From assembly GCF_009914755.1 (NCBI RefSeq), contig NC_060929.1: a stretch of DNA of 64,000 nt; one strand, 5' to 3'. The position numbers were made by a program, and so were the translations under genes. Below are positions 27,127 through 45,999 of the stretch, piece by piece; positions within the stretch are counted from its first letter, which is position 1, and each line of letters starts with the position of its first letter. The stretch is from the human T2T-CHM13v2.0 reference genome, Homo sapiens. The notes beneath the pieces are model-generated. The model worked only from the letters and a program-made list of their open reading frames with translations. It did not search any database and was not told the origin of the DNA.

Positions 27127-29778
<2,652 letters not shown>

Positions 29779-29901
29779 AGCTCATTAGGCACTATGATAA
29801 TTTTAGCTTTCAGAGTTTGAGACTCTAAAAAATTGAAAATCCATACCTTTGGATTTATGCTTCAGGTTAAACTAGTGCCAGTACCAGTGGATAAAGTTAG
29901 G

Positions 29902-30110
29902 TAATAGTTCTTGGCCAAGAGTGATTTTGTCCCTCCTCCCCTACATAAAAGACATTAGGCAATACTTGATTTTTTCAATTCGATGGGTGCTATTGGCATC
30001 TACTGAGGAAAGGCCAGGAATGCTGCTAAAAAGCTTACAATGAGCAGAACATCTCCCAAACAATTATCATATCTAAAATGTCAATGATAGTGACAAGGTT
30101 GAGAAACCCT
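29902..30110 (+). mobile_element. MER20 (hAT-Charlie MITE)
   Basis: GTGCTATTGGCATCTA...GGCCAGGAATGCTGCTAAA...AATGTCAAT...GGTTGAGAAACCCT. Confidence 0.8.
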
Positions 30111-30303
30111 TGATCAAATATTTGTGAAGTGGTATTACCAAGTTTTTTTCTCTAGGCCTTTGACAGCAGCCAAGATGTGACTTCATGATATGCTGCTCAG
30201 CACTACTTGTATAGCTTTTGCTGAGACATAGGTTTTTAAAAAAATGTATCTTTTAGGCATTATATCATAATACAATCCAAGAGAAATTTAGTTAAGAACA
30301 TTC

Positions 30304-31412
30304 TGACAGTGGCAGGAGGCAGTCAAATGCCTAGGCAGATGGGGGAGGGTCCCCGGTAAAATCCCACCTTCAAACCAAAGACAGCTTAAAGCCTATAAGC
30401 CAAGCTACAAGTTCTGGGTAAATCCACAGGCCAGATTGAGAACCTCGCTTCCCATTTGGTGCACTTTCCTCTGACTGATCCCCACCCTTCACCTATTTTA
30501 CATATACCTACTCTTCCCTGACTGGTTTTCACACTGTCATGTCCACCTTTGAGTGGTGCCTTTGTTTTAGCCTTTTTTGCCTACTCACAAGCAAATCAGC
30601 ATGCACTCTCCCATTCTGGGCCCATAAAAGCCCCAGACCCAGCCACACTGGGAGACTGACCACACAACTTTAGGTGGGGGACTACCCTCACATCCCCTCT
30701 CTGCTGAAAGCTGTTTCATCACTCAGTAAAACTCTTCTCCTCCCTCCTCACTCTTCATCAGTGTAACCTCATTCTTCTTTGATGAGGGACAAAAACTCAG
30801 GACCCACCAAACACAGGAATTACAAAGAAGACTGTAACATTGTGGCCCTTTGCCCTCTGCTGGTGAAGGGCACTCACCCCATGTGATGGGAAGCAGTGGT
30901 GGGGCCAATCTATTCTCGGAGCCATGGGCCAGAGTGGAGTGATGGGACTGACAGAGCTGTTAACACACTGCTGTCCATGAGGCTGTGGATGACAGGACTA
31001 AAAGAGCTATTAGCATGCTGTAGCACCCTCTCTGGGGCTTCAGGGTTGTGGGCTTCCTTGTTTGGGTGCCACCATATTTCCCTTGTCTGGACACTGGAGT
31101 CTACCATGGGAGTCACTTGTGACATGCCTGGTCCAGCCACAAGCCCTGCACAGAGCCTGCTCCTGTGCCAGCACTTGCAGTGACCAGCCAGACCTCACAA
31201 TAGCTCACCCACACATCCCCTGCAGCCAGGGGCTGAGTGTGCAGTTGCAGCATCTGTGGGATCTGCACTGGAGCACAAGCCAAGCTTTGCCTGGCAAGCC
31301 AAGCTGGTGGGATGCCTCCTGTCATGAACCCGGGGCCAAGTGAGACCTGGGCAGGAGCATTGCTGACTGGAGGTCTCTGGCTGGCAAAGTGGCTAAGAAA
31401 AATCCTGTGTCA
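30304..31412 (+). mobile_element. ERV1 solo LTR, LTR27/LTR28-like (~1.1 kb)
   Basis: TG...CA termini; GGCAGGAGGCAGTCAAATGCCTAGGCAGA start; CATAAAAGCCCC TATA-like motif near 30623; flanks ATTC/TTTC. Confidence 0.8.
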
Positions 31413-32139
31413 TTTCTACTTCAATTATGATGGGTAATAAATATCAATTTTAATATTATTTTTGATTTTGATAAGAATACTTCTTATGCAAATGCTATTC
31501 TGTATCCCTTTTTTTAGCTCCAATGTTATTCCAACATACCTTAGTGATAAATACTGTGAGTAAACATTAATCTAAGTTTCAGAAAGGCTCTGAGCATGCA
31601 TATATTGACAAAGGATTCTAAAATGCTTTAGGTTATTATTTTTATCCAACAGATTAGGTTTTGACTTTTAATATTTGTTCAAAAAGTATAAAACATTGGA
31701 AAATTAACTGTTAATTTATTATAATTTTTAAATGCTTTTCCACAAAGTATTTACTCTTTCAAATATAGACTTAGAGTTTTTTTTTTTAAGTTCTGCAATT
31801 GAATCAAAATACTGATAATAAAGTCTTACTTTGTATTTTCTCCACTAAAAACTTATTTAAATATTATACTTTGCATATGTGGGTATGTAAAATAAGCTTT
31901 TATTGATCATGTATGGTTACTATAAATAGTTTAATTCAATTTTTTGAATTATAGAATGAAAGTCTAATTGGAATTACAAAAGTTCAGCTTCTGAATTGAA
32001 GTCCCCTATACAATTGAGTTTGATTTTAAATATTTATTGAGCATCTTGCATGTATAAAGCATCATATAACATGTTATATATCTACAAATAATCTACTTAG
32101 TCATTTCCATCACAGATCAGAAATGCTTCATATTAGGTG

Positions 32140-33290
32140 TTTCCATTAAGATGTAGTAAGCCACAAGATAACAACAAAACAAAACCAAATCAACATAATA
32201 TATAAAAATCATAATTTGAGTAAGGCATTAAACAGCTGAGATTAGAAAGCAACCAAATGAGCTGATTTCCAAAGGGTGACAAGACTTTCCAACAGAGAAG
32301 GTTCACACAAACTGTTTCATATTTGGCAGAGAATGGGTGAAAGGAGAAGCCACCATAGAAGTGAGTAAGAAGAAAACAACAAAAATTTTAACAGATTCTT
32401 AAGAACTGAGTGTAGGCTAACATAACAGTGTAGAATCCCTGGGCACCTCAGGCATATGGGTAGTCCACATACATTTCTCCAGGTCTTTTTCATAGTATTC
32501 CATTGGGTGTCAATGAAAAAGTGGGAGCAAAGCAAAAGACTTGAGAAAGGACTATTTGGTGGTGCTCAAGCACCAACTTCAAGTACTTCCTGGAAGCGTT
32601 TGTCATTTAAAGGAGATGTCTTAAGTCTAAGCCACTGCAGAGGAGTCAGGAGACCCTCTGACTCCCAGGATGCAGGAAAACATCAACTTTTCCTGAGGCA
32701 GAGGTAGAAACAAAAGGAGTTTTAGCATACAGGATTTGCCTAAAACTGAGGTATGAGCAGAAGAACTAAGAAAATCCCTGGCTTCACCATTATACTTGTC
32801 CCAATTATCAAGCAACAGCAGTGTGACACTGAGGGAAAAAAATGTGGAAGAATGTAAGAAAAGACCACCTCTGTAGTACAGGAATGACTTGTCTTCTGAA
32901 AGCTTAAGGTGAAGCAAGAATGCTGAGAATGATCACCTGGCACCCCAGACCACCCAATAAGTACAAGAAAGCAGCAGCCCACTGCTGGAAAAAGTTGAAA
33001 TCACTGCTATACTCTACCAATAACAAGAAAAATTATGCCAGTAACAAATCCCAAACCTAGCTCAACTGATGACTACATTGACTAGACCGCTGACACTGAT
33101 AGCCTAACCAAAGAAAAGTCATGTCTTTTTTTGGCCATAAGTTCTATTTACTTTACTCTCTACTGCTCTTCTACACACAATTTCTAACATTAAAATAAAA
33201 ATATAAGACACACACACAAAAGCAATTGGAAAAAAAATGACCCCTTGTCAAGAGATCAAACAGGCAACCAAACCAGAACAGACCCAGAGA
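32140..33290 (+). mobile_element. Probable old L1M 5' region
   Basis: Purine-rich; ends in L1M-like GTCAAGAGATCAAACAGGCAACCAAACCAGA; weak similarity only. Confidence 0.4.
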
Positions 33291-33294
33291 TGAC

Positions 33295-33510
33295 ATTTAT
33301 TGGTCTCTCTGTATCAAGCACTGTGCTACCTACTTTATGAATGAGATATAATTTAATGCTATTTTTCCTGTATTATATCCGCATTATTTATAATCCATTA
33401 TATATGTTACACATATGAAAAAACGTGTAAAGAGATAAAGACATATTCCCAATTCACAGAACTAGTATATGTTGGAATTAGGATTTAGATACAAGTCAGT
33501 ACGTTTTCAG
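33295..33510 (-). mobile_element. MIR
   Basis: CATTTATTG...CAAGCACTGTGCTA; GGATTTAGATACAAGTCAGT. Confidence 0.5.
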
Positions 33511-34139
33511 TGGCCAAATCAGTCATACAATCTTCCAAATATGGCAGTATAAGAAAAAGTAATTGAGCACAGAAATTTATTTATGAATTATTTCTTCATG
33601 TACTTTTAGAAAAAGATATATAATAGTTATTTTTTTTCTAAAAATAGAATTAGAAGAGGAAGAATGTTAGAGAATAACTTTCTATGTGCCATTTCATCTG
33701 CTTCTATATCAGATCTCAAGTTTTCTTACCTAAATATCTGCTTAGTGTTAAGAGATTCATGTCTATGGGTTATCTTGTTGAACAACGTCGATTAACTATT
33801 TAGGTATTTAAATATACAGCCTAGATAGTTCTGGCTGTGAGGGGAAATATTTTATTGGAAAATCTACTAGACTCCTGGGAATATTAAATTTTCAGACTTT
33901 CATTCTTTCCAAGGCAGCGGGTTCCAGAATGGAAACATTGTTTCAGGTTGGCAGGAGGTCTGTAAGACAGGTAAATATTTTCTCTTCACCCTACCACTAG
34001 ACCAGTGGTCATATATAGAGACCATTTTTTATAAAAGTTGGAATAGGATATAAAAAGGAAACAAGAATATGAAAAAGGCCAAACACATTTTGGAAAAAGG
34101 TGCAAAAAAGACCAAACCTTCCAGTCAAAATTTAATGTT

Positions 34140-34419
34140 GGCCAGGCGCAATGGCTCACGCCTGTAATCCCAGCACTTTGGGAGGCCGAGGCAGGTGGAT
34201 CACGAGGTCAGGAGATCAAGACCATCCTGGCTAACACGGTGAAACCCCGTCTCTACTAAAAATACAAAAAATTAGCCGGGCATGGTGGCGGGCGCCTGTA
34301 GTCCCAGCTACTACGGAGGTTGAGGCAGGAGAATGGCTGAACCTGGGAGGTGGAGCTTGCAGTGAGCCGAGATCGTGCCACTGCACTCCAGCCTGGGTGA
34401 CAGAGGGAGACTCCGTCTC

Positions 34420-34458
<39 letters not shown>
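34140..34458 (+). mobile_element. AluY, full length, pure A38 tail
   Basis: GATCACGAGGTCAGGAGATCAAGACCATCCTGGCTAACACGG; A-run 34421-34458; TSD core TTAATGTT. Confidence 0.96.
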
Positions 34459-34463
<5 letters not shown>

Positions 34464-34542
34464 GTTAAAACTCTCCCAATATTAGTGTATATGGTTAGTA
34501 CAAGGGCTAACCAAAGGACTTGAGGAATCCAAATAATTTATA

Positions 34543-35151
34543 CAGGTCTAGTATCCCTTATCTGAAATGCTTGGGACCAGAATTGTTTCAGACTTCAATT
34601 TTTTTCAGATTTTATAATATTTATAACTATGTAATAAAATATTTTGGGGATAAGACACATATCTAAACACAAAATTCATTCATGTTTCATATACACCTTA
34701 TACATACAGACTGAAAGTAATTTTATACAATATATTTTTGTTTTCTTTTTCTTTTTCTTTTTTTTTCTCCAGACAGGGTGTCTTTCTATCCAGGCTGGAG
34801 TGTAGTGGCACAATCATAGCTCACTGCAGCTTTGAACTCCTGAGTTTAAGCCATCCTTCTGCCTCAGCCTCCTGAGCAGCTAGGACTACAGGCACGTGGC
34901 ACCACACCCAGCTAACTTTATTTTTTGTAGAGGTAGGGTCTTGCTATGTTGCCCAGGCTGGTCTTGAAATCCTGGCCTTAAGCAATCCTCCCAACTTGGC
35001 CAATATATTTTAAATGTTGTGCATTAAGCAAAGTTTATGTTATATACTTATGTGTGGAATTTTCCATGTGTGGTGCCTTGTTGGTGCTCAAAAAGTTTCA
35101 GATTTTGGAGCATTTTGATTTTCAGATTTTAGGTTTGGGGTGCTCAACCTG
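34543..35151. mobile_element. Tigger4b/MER46-like MITE split by an Alu
   Basis: TA-CAGG..AGTATCCCTTATCTGAAATGCTTGGGACCAGAA start; ...GGGTGCTCAACCTG end. Confidence 0.88.
34735..35001 (-). mobile_element. AluJ-like, 5'-truncated
   Basis: CATAGCTCACTGCAGC, GCTATGTTGCCCAGGCTGG; TSD CAATATATTTT at 34728-34738 and 35001-35011. Confidence 0.92.
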
Positions 35152-35679
35152 CACGTAGTTGCTTGGAAGACCTTGGAGAAAGGATTCATAGGGTATTGGA
35201 TGTCGTCAAGAGACAGATCATGAGGAGAAGATCTGTGTTAAAGCCACACAGATTCAGTTGCCCCCAAACATTTCATGAGAGGTTTGCCCCAAGTACCAGC
35301 TACATATAGTACCTGGATAATTGGTTCAGTTTTTTTTCATATTATAAACTAAGAAAAGAGGTGGCAATCTCCATTGCTTCAAGCCTGGCCAGCTGATTCT
35401 ATCTCTCATAGTCCTAAAATCAATATTTTGGGCATCATAAATCCAATTAAATTAAATTTAGTTAATTTAATTTAATTCAAGATGGGATAATTATTATAAT
35501 TATGAGAACTAAGAATTCATGAAAAGAGGACATATGAGGTTCGTGTAATACACTTTGTTACTTGCCTACAAATATCTATTGGTTACTTTCTACTTTGCCT
35601 ATGGTTTCTATTTTCAGCCAACAAAAATGACCATAGTTGTTTTAGCTGATTATAATAGTTTATATCCTTGATGCCCAAA

Positions 35680-36290
35680 AACAGTTACCATTACCTGTAT
35701 GGGACTTTTGAGCATTTAAAATGTAAACAGTCCAGATTAAGATATGCTGTAAGTATAATATCTCATCAGATATTGAAGAAGTAGTACAAAAACATTGTAC
35801 AATTTATTATTCATATTATTCATGTATTATTTATTTATTTGTAGAAACAAGTTCTTGTTCTATCATCCAGGCTGGAGTGTGGTGGTGCGATCATAACTCA
35901 CTGCAGCCTTAATCTCCTGTGCTCAAGTGATCCTACCACTTCAGTCTTCTTAGTAGCTGGGACTACAAGCACATGCCACCATTTCCAGCAATTTTTTTTC
36001 TTTTAATTTTAAGATGGCGTCTTGCTATGTTGCCCAGGCTAGTCTTGAACTCCTGGCCTCAAGCATTCCTCCCACCTTGGTCTTTCAAAGCAGGGATTGA
36101 GGGAGGGGGCACTGAGCCCAGCCTGTTGTTATTTTTAATAATTATTTATTGAAATAATAATATTTTGAATATATTGCATTAAACAAGTTACATTACTAAA
36201 ATTAATTTTACCCGTTTTTACCATTTTAATGTAGGTATTATGGATTAACAATTACATATGTGGCTTGCCTTATATGTTTATTGGATAGTA
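35680..36290 (+). mobile_element. MER33-like hAT MITE split by an Alu
   Basis: GATATGCTGTAAGTATAA; TAAAATTAATTTTACC; AATTACATATGTGGCTTGC...TTGGATAG. Confidence 0.75.
35826..36123 (-). mobile_element. AluJ-like
   Basis: (TTTA)n tail; GATCATAACTCACTGCAGCC; ends GAGCCCAGCC. Confidence 0.9.
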
Positions 36291-37230
36291 GGTTTTGAGT
36301 TGTATATTTTGAAGAGTCAATTTTGCCTTCATTTTTGAATGAAGAAATGTTAAAAGAAGTCCTTCATGCAGAAGAAAAATAATATCAGATGGAAATATAA
36401 ATCTACGTAAAGGGGAAGGTCATTAGGAATGATAACTACATGGGTAAATATAATTATTTATTGTTTAAAATTACTTTAGAGGGTAATTGACAGTTCAAAG
36501 GAAAAATAATGAATAATGAAAAATATTGTGGAGTTTATAAAATAGATGGAAACAAATATACGGCAATAAAACCAAGTCCAAGAGGGAGGTATGGTAGTTG
36601 AAGTATATTGTTTTAAGGTTTTTGTGCTCTATGTTAAGTGCTACATGACTACTTGAAGGTAGATTGTGATAGCTAAAGATGTATTTTATCAACTCTAAAG
36701 AAACCCATACAAATAGTATAGCTAATATGTCAACAAAGAACATAAAGTGGAATCATACAACATATAACATTAATCCAAAAGGAGGCAGGAGAGGAGTAGT
36801 ACAAGGAAAACGTGATAATCACAGCACACAAATAGCTATTTGGTAGATTCAAACTAAAAATACCAGTAAAATCTTAAATGAAAATGGTTTAAGTAACTCA
36901 ATTGAATTTTCTTTTCTGATTTTTTTCCAGATAGATTAATAAAAAGCAAGACACAGCTTTGTGATGCCTACAAACATATAAAAATGTAAATAGGTTGAAT
37001 GCAAAAGCATTAAAAAACCACACCATATTAACACTCATTCAAAGAAAACTGTAGTGAATTGAAGACAGATACTTAAAAAAAAATACTTACATATGAATGT
37101 TAATAGCAGCGCTGTTTATAGCTTTCTGTCTTCCAGAATAACTGTCAGTTGTTAAACATTTACCCGCATACTCCAATCTTCACAGATGCAGGAAAAATGT
37201 TTGACCAAATTCAACACCAATCCATGACTA

Positions 37231-39037
<1,807 letters not shown>

Positions 39038-40329
39038 TCATGTTGATAAAGGACATCTACATAAAACCCTTCAGCTAGCATTGTACTTACTAGTAAAAGA
39101 AAATTTTTTCCACCTAAGATTGGGTCTAAAAAAAGATACGGCTCTCACAACTCATATTCAACATATTATGGGAGGCTTTAGGCAGTTCAATATGGTTAAA
39201 AAAATTGAAAGCATACAAGTTGGAAAGAAGAAATGAAACTGTCTCCATTCACAGGCAACATAATTGCCTACATTGGAAACTCCAAAGAATCTACAGAAGA
39301 GTTACCAAACTAATAAGTAACTTTAATAATGTTTCAGGTTGCTAGGTCAATATACAAAAATCAATTGGATTTCTATATCCCAGCATTAAACAATTGTAGA
39401 TTGAAATAAAAATGTGTATTACTTAACAATTGCACCAAAATTATATAAATCTAATAAAATATGTTCAAGGCCTTTATGCTGAAAATTACAAAATACAGAT
39501 GAAAAAAATCAAAGATGATGAGAGTAAATGCAGAGAGATGTGTTTATGAATATGAAGATTCAACATTGTTTAGATTTCACTTTTCTCCTAAATAATCTAT
39601 AAATTCAAAGAACTTCCAAAAACATCCAAGTAATATTTTTAGCCATTATCAAGTTAATTCTAAAATTTATTTGGAAAGGCAGAAAAAGCTAGAATAGCAA
39701 AACAAAACAAAACAAAACAAAACCAAAAAACCAAAGTTTAGAGCTCATACTAACTTATTTCAAGACTTACTATGAAACTACAATAATTTGTCAATGCAGT
39801 TTTGATGAAATTACAGACAGATAGACCGATGAAACAGAATATAGAATTCAGAAATAGCCTCACACAAATAAAATTAGTTGATTTTTGACAGAGATAGGAA
39901 GGCAATTCAATGGAGAAAGAATTACCTTTTCAACAAATGGTGCTGGAACAATCGGATCTCTATATGCAAACAAAAAACAAAAAACAAACAAAAAGAAACA
40001 AAAACTTTGATATTGATGAAAAATTAACTCAAACTGGATTATATCACTAAATGTAATACAACTAGAAAAAATTATGAAACAAACTTTGTGAAACAAATCT
40101 TTGTGATTTGCCTTTGGTAAAGATATCTTTGGTAAAATTTTAAAAAAGCACAATTCACTAAAAATTAAGAACTTGAACTTTATCAAAGTTAAATACATGT
40201 CTTTCAAAGACACATTGTTAAGAGAAGGAAAAGACAAACCACAGACTGGCTAAAAATACTTGTAAATATTTGCAACAGTATGGAATTTTAATTTGTAATA
40301 TATAAAGAAATTTCAAAACTGAATAATGT

Positions 40330-41490
40330 AAAAACCTCAAACTATAAAAATACTAGAAGAAAACCTAGGAAATACTCTTCTTGACATTAACCTTGGCAAA
40401 GAATTTATGGCTAAGTCCCCATAAGCAATTGCAACAAAACCAAAAATTGACAAGTGGGGACCTGTTTAAACTAAAGAGATTCTGCACAGCAAAAGAAACT
40501 ATCAACAGAGTAATCAGACAGCCTACAGAATGGAAGAAAATATTTTCAAACTATGCATCCAACAAAGGTCTAATATCCAGAATCTATAGGGAATTTAAAC
40601 AAATGAAATTAATCCTGTTAAGAAAAACCAAATAATCCTGTTAAGAAACGGGCAAAGGCCATAAACAGATACTTTTCAAAAGAAGACGTACAAGCAGTCA
40701 ACAAACATATGAAAAAATGCTTCACATCACTGATCATCAGAAAAATGCACACCAAAACCACAATGAGATACCATCTTATGCAGTCAGAATGGCTATTAAT
40801 AAAAAGTCAAAAAACAACAGATGCTGGTGAGGCTGTGAGGAAAAAGGAATGCTTATACACCACTGGTGGGAATGTAAATTGGTTCAGCCACTGTGGAAAG
40901 CAGTTTGATGATTTCTCAAAGAAATTAAAACAGAGCTATCATTCAACCCAGCAATCCCATTATAGGGTATATACCCAAATGAAAATAAATCATTCTACCC
41001 CAAAGACACATGCACTTGTATATTCATAATCAAACTATTCACAATAGCAAAGACATGAAATCAACCTAGGTGACCATCAATGGTGGACTGATTAAAGGAA
41101 ATGTGGTCCATATATACTACGGACAACTATGCAGCCATAAAAAAGAATGAAATCACGTCCTTTGCAGCAACGTGGATGCAGATAAAGGCCCTAATACTAT
41201 GCAAATTAATGTAGGAACAGAAAACTAAATATTGCACATTCTCACTTATAAGTGGTAGCTAAACATTGAACACACAAAGAAGAAAAACAGACACTGAGGC
41301 CTACTTGAGGGTGGATGGTAGAAGGAGGATGAGGATCAAAAACTACATATGGGTATTATGATCACTACTTGCGTGATGTGATTCATACCCCAAACTTCAG
41401 CATCACACAATATACTTATCTAAGAAACCTGCACATGTACCTCCTGTATCTAAAATAAAAGTTTAAATTTAAAAATACAATGAAATAAAA
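40330..41490 (+). mobile_element. L1PA16/L1PB-like 3' end
   Basis: ORF2 remnants ([13 protein letters not shown]); 3' UTR AAACCTGCACATGTACCTCCTGTATCTAAAATAAAAGTT. Confidence 0.85.
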
Positions 41491-43146
41491 AACAATAAGA
41501 AAGCAAACATCCCAGTTAAAAATATGTTCTAATGATTTGAACAGACCCACTACCAAAGAAGACATACAGATAGACAAAAGCATATAAAATATGTTCAACA
41601 TCATTAGTTGCTAGGGAAACACAAACTAAAGTCAAATCTCATAGAACAGAAACAATAAGTAAAGACAAAAACCGACAAACCATGAAGATGGGAGCAGCAA
41701 ATGGAAATCTCATCCATTGATGGTAAAACTGCAAATGGTACAATCACTTTACAAGTGTTCCCTAGAAAGTTACCATACCCTTACTATACCTAGCAATCAC
41801 ATGGTAAAATCTTATGTTCACACAAACATCTGTATGCAAATATTGATATAGTTTTATTTGTTATTCACATAAATAGACAGACAGGCCCAACTCAATATTA
41901 TTCAAAGGAGTTAAACATTTTTTTAAAAATGGAATACTGCTTCCAGCTATAATAATGATTTAAGTATTAGACTTAATCTTCTACTGTAAACAACAAGCAA
42001 GTAAAAAAATACATGGAGTGACTGTTTCGTGTAACAATGACAATGGACTCTTATCTCTGAGAAAAGCAAAACAAAGATGGTGAGCCCCGATGTCACTCAA
42101 GTTTTCTGCTCAGTGGGTGTTTCTAGATTATGAGCACAGCGAGGGAAACTTAAATAGAGTTTGCTGGCCCTGCTGAGTTGGGGCTGGAAACTGGAATTCA
42201 GGGAAACTGAGACAGCTAGAAGTTTCAGGAAATAGTTCCAAAAAAGAGAATTACGTAGAAAATAGTTACAGATATCTGCATGGGGTGTCCTTCAGTATTT
42301 CATAAGAATTACACTGCATATAAATAGATTCAAACTCTGCAGAATATGACTAACATCCATTTTCAGGTGAGCAATATTGGTCCTCAGTATCCACTAACTT
42401 CTCCTAGATGGACTCTTTGCCCTAATCTTGGAGGCCAGGTACCATATGCACATTCTTTACCACACTAGCCATTTCCCCCCATCTCAACCAAATAAAAGCT
42501 TCTTTTCACTAAGGGGTTTGATAGTACCAATTGCCCAAAGAAAACGTGTTGTTAAGCGAACTTACTTGATTAAAAAATAATTGATCAATATCCATCATGG
42601 ACAGTAATAAAGACTGTGTAGTAACGGCAAAGAGATAGATGTATGAATCAAGAGAACTATATAAAGAATAAAAAAAGGGAACTATATAGAGAATAAAAAT
42701 TTTGACCTACAAAATATGGCCATTTGATTAATGTTAAAGATGCAAAAGCATCTTAAATGGAGAAAGATGAGCCTTTTAAATAAATACCGTTGGAACAATG
42801 GGTCATCCATTTGAAAACACATAAACCTAGACCTAAACTTTATTCCTTACAAAAGAGTTAACACAAAATGGATCGTAGATCTATATTTAAAACATGAATC
42901 TATAAAACTTTTAGTAGAAAACATAAGAGTCAATCTTTTTCCTCTGAGGTTAGGCCAAGAAATTTTAGAAATGACATGAAAAGCATGATTCACGAGAAAA
43001 ATTTTTGGAAAATTGGACTTATTTTAAACTAAAAACTTTTTTTTTTGCCAAAGACACTATCAAGAAAATAAAAAGACAAGCTACAGATTGAGAGAAAATA
43101 TTTGCAAGTCATGTCTCTGACAAATATGAGGAATTCCTAAACCTCA

Positions 43147-43492
<346 letters not shown>

Positions 43493-44706
43493 TTATAAGT
43501 GTGAAAAATAATTACATAAAATATATTCAACATTATTATCCATTAGAAAAATTCTAATGAAATGACCACTACACACCTACTAGAATGGCTAAAATAAAAA
43601 ATACAGTATCAAGTGTGGTAAAGATGTGGAACAACCATAATTTTCATACATTGCTGCTGAGAATGCAAAATGATACAGTTAGCCTGGAAATAGATTGGCA
43701 AATTTTAATCAGTTAAATATATACCTACTACATGAGTCAGCAATACCAATTTTACCCATGTTCCTGAGACTAAAGAAGACTTACATTCACACAAAGTCAT
43801 GTACATGAATGTTGATAACAACTTTGTAATAGCCATACCTCTGCTGTGGATAGGGTCAGGGCAGAAAATAGCTAGGAATTTGGTTCAGGGAACTTGTTTC
43901 AGGAAGATGCAGAAGTGGCTACTAGGCACAAAGAAGGGCTTTGAGACAGCAGAAATGGCAAAATTGAAAGTACTACTAGGATTAGGAAAGCAGATGTTTT
44001 TGTGGCAGTTGGCACTGATTGATAACCATGGCATTCCTGCCAAGGGAAGTACAATAGAATGAGTGGAATTGACTTTTTCATATTTCAATGAGATGGTTGT
44101 TGATTGAAAGAAAATAGTGAAATGATTTTTATTCACACATCTGAATGTATGGACTCATATTCATTACATATATAAATCTTAACTTTTTTATTCTTAAAAA
44201 TGTTAACTTAAAACAAGTCATTGAAGAAATACACAAAAATTCTCTGTATTTTCGGAGAAACTTTGTTATTCAGTTATATTATCTTGCTTTTTATCAGCTT
44301 TGATGAATTATTTGACCCTATTCATACTTGAAAAATGAGGGCAGAATGTAATTTTACGAAGGAGAATATTATAACTTACTAACATTCTATATGTCTTTTA
44401 CTTCTCTAGTTCATTGACTGTTGAAATTGTATACATGTATGAATAAAAATTTATTCAACAAATGTTTAAGATTCTTAATTAGGTACCTGCTAGATTTTGA
44501 CACAGGTTTTCTAGCTCTTATTTCTTTTAGAAAAAAAAAGAAATAATGGAAATATGTTTGCTATTTTGCCTGAAGACACAATTATCTATGATTAATATTT
44601 GATAAAATTCCAACATGGATTTTGGGATTCCCACTAAGTTACCTGTTTATGTTCAGTAATATATGAGAGTTGCTGGAAAAAAAACAGTTGCCTACTCTCA
44701 AAGTCA

Positions 44707-45001
44707 GATCTATCACTCACCTTTGACACAGTAGACAGTGATATATTGTTAGATCTTCCAGAAATGTGAGTTGGAATTTCTAAGACAGCATTAAATTGGT
44801 TTGAAATGTAATTATCTTTGTCAGCAGACACAGCATACTATATTGGGTAGCAGTTCATCAGAAACAGTTACTGTAAAACGTGTGGTCCCTCAGGGCTCTA
44901 TTCTTGTCCTTTTATTTTTATATTTATATGCTTTTCATGGCAGTATCATTAATAGATCTGGATTTGATTATCATATCTATGCCAGTCTTACTCAGATTTA
45001 C
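44707..45001 (+). mobile_element. Ancient L2-clade LINE reverse-transcriptase relic
   Basis: Manual translation from 44707: DLSLTFDTVDSDILLDLPEM*VGISKTALNWF; after a frameshift YL...VPQGSILV..F.YLY...GSII...GFDYHIYASLTQIY. Confidence 0.85.
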
Positions 45002-45999
45002 TAACTGGTTCTTGTAGAATCAAGTCATATGACTTCCCAACTCCTTCTGCTTTATTAAGACTTAGAATTGAATGATAGGGTTAGTTCCTTCAAAAGGATG
45101 TTCATAGGAAATCATTAATATTAATCTATCTATTTTATGAATATTTTTCATATTGCACTTTCCTTCATCTAGATTATGACTTAATTAAAAAATTACATTA
45201 GAGGACACTATGCTGTCCTTATTGACTGCATTCTTATTTTTGTGTGGCACGGGAACTTCACAAAATATATTTTTTATTGTATTATGAATAGATGTTGTAC
45301 AGAATTATGATTTCTTTACCCTGGAATTCTATCATTTTTGAAGCAGATGCAGAGTTATGTAAATCCAGTGGGACCATCCAATTCTATCACATTATAATAG
45401 AGTCACTAATAGAAATGTCCCTACAGCAAATTTTATCATTCTCAAGATTTGAAGTGATTACAAAAGTGTGATGGGTAATATAGTGTGTTTTAAAAAATGA
45501 TCTCACAGTGAAATGCTGTGGTGGTCATATTTGGCTTACGGGACCAAGTTTCAACTCTTAAGAATGATCTTCAAGTCCCCATCCTCCCTTTTTAGCTGAA
45601 TCACTCAATTTATTGTTTGTCTCTTTGTTTGTATCTATAGGTTATTAAGTTACCTACCAACAGGAGTAAACCAGAGATTCCCTAATTCTGAAAAATACAT
45701 TAACCTTGCTTTTTCCCAATTAAAATATAATGTTAAATGAATGCCTCTCTTTTAGTTTTATTTCCGGCCACAAAGGCCATAATTGCAAAAAGAATTAGAT
45801 ATTCTTTTATCCTAAAGTGAGATGTTTTGTTATCCTTGCAGCACATGCTAAGAGACAGTAAGCTAATCCTAGAACTGCCTCCTGTCTCACATGTAAGCTA
45901 TAACAGAAGAATTTTGAATACTGAGGTGGGGAGAGATTTCTTTGAAGATAATTTTTAAGTGTGCTCTGGATTCCACATTTGTTTTATGGAGCACAGAAT

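Noticed and set aside
30723-31437. Several ORFs in a GC-richer block suggesting an exon or promoter
   Set aside because: Explained by the ERV1 solo LTR
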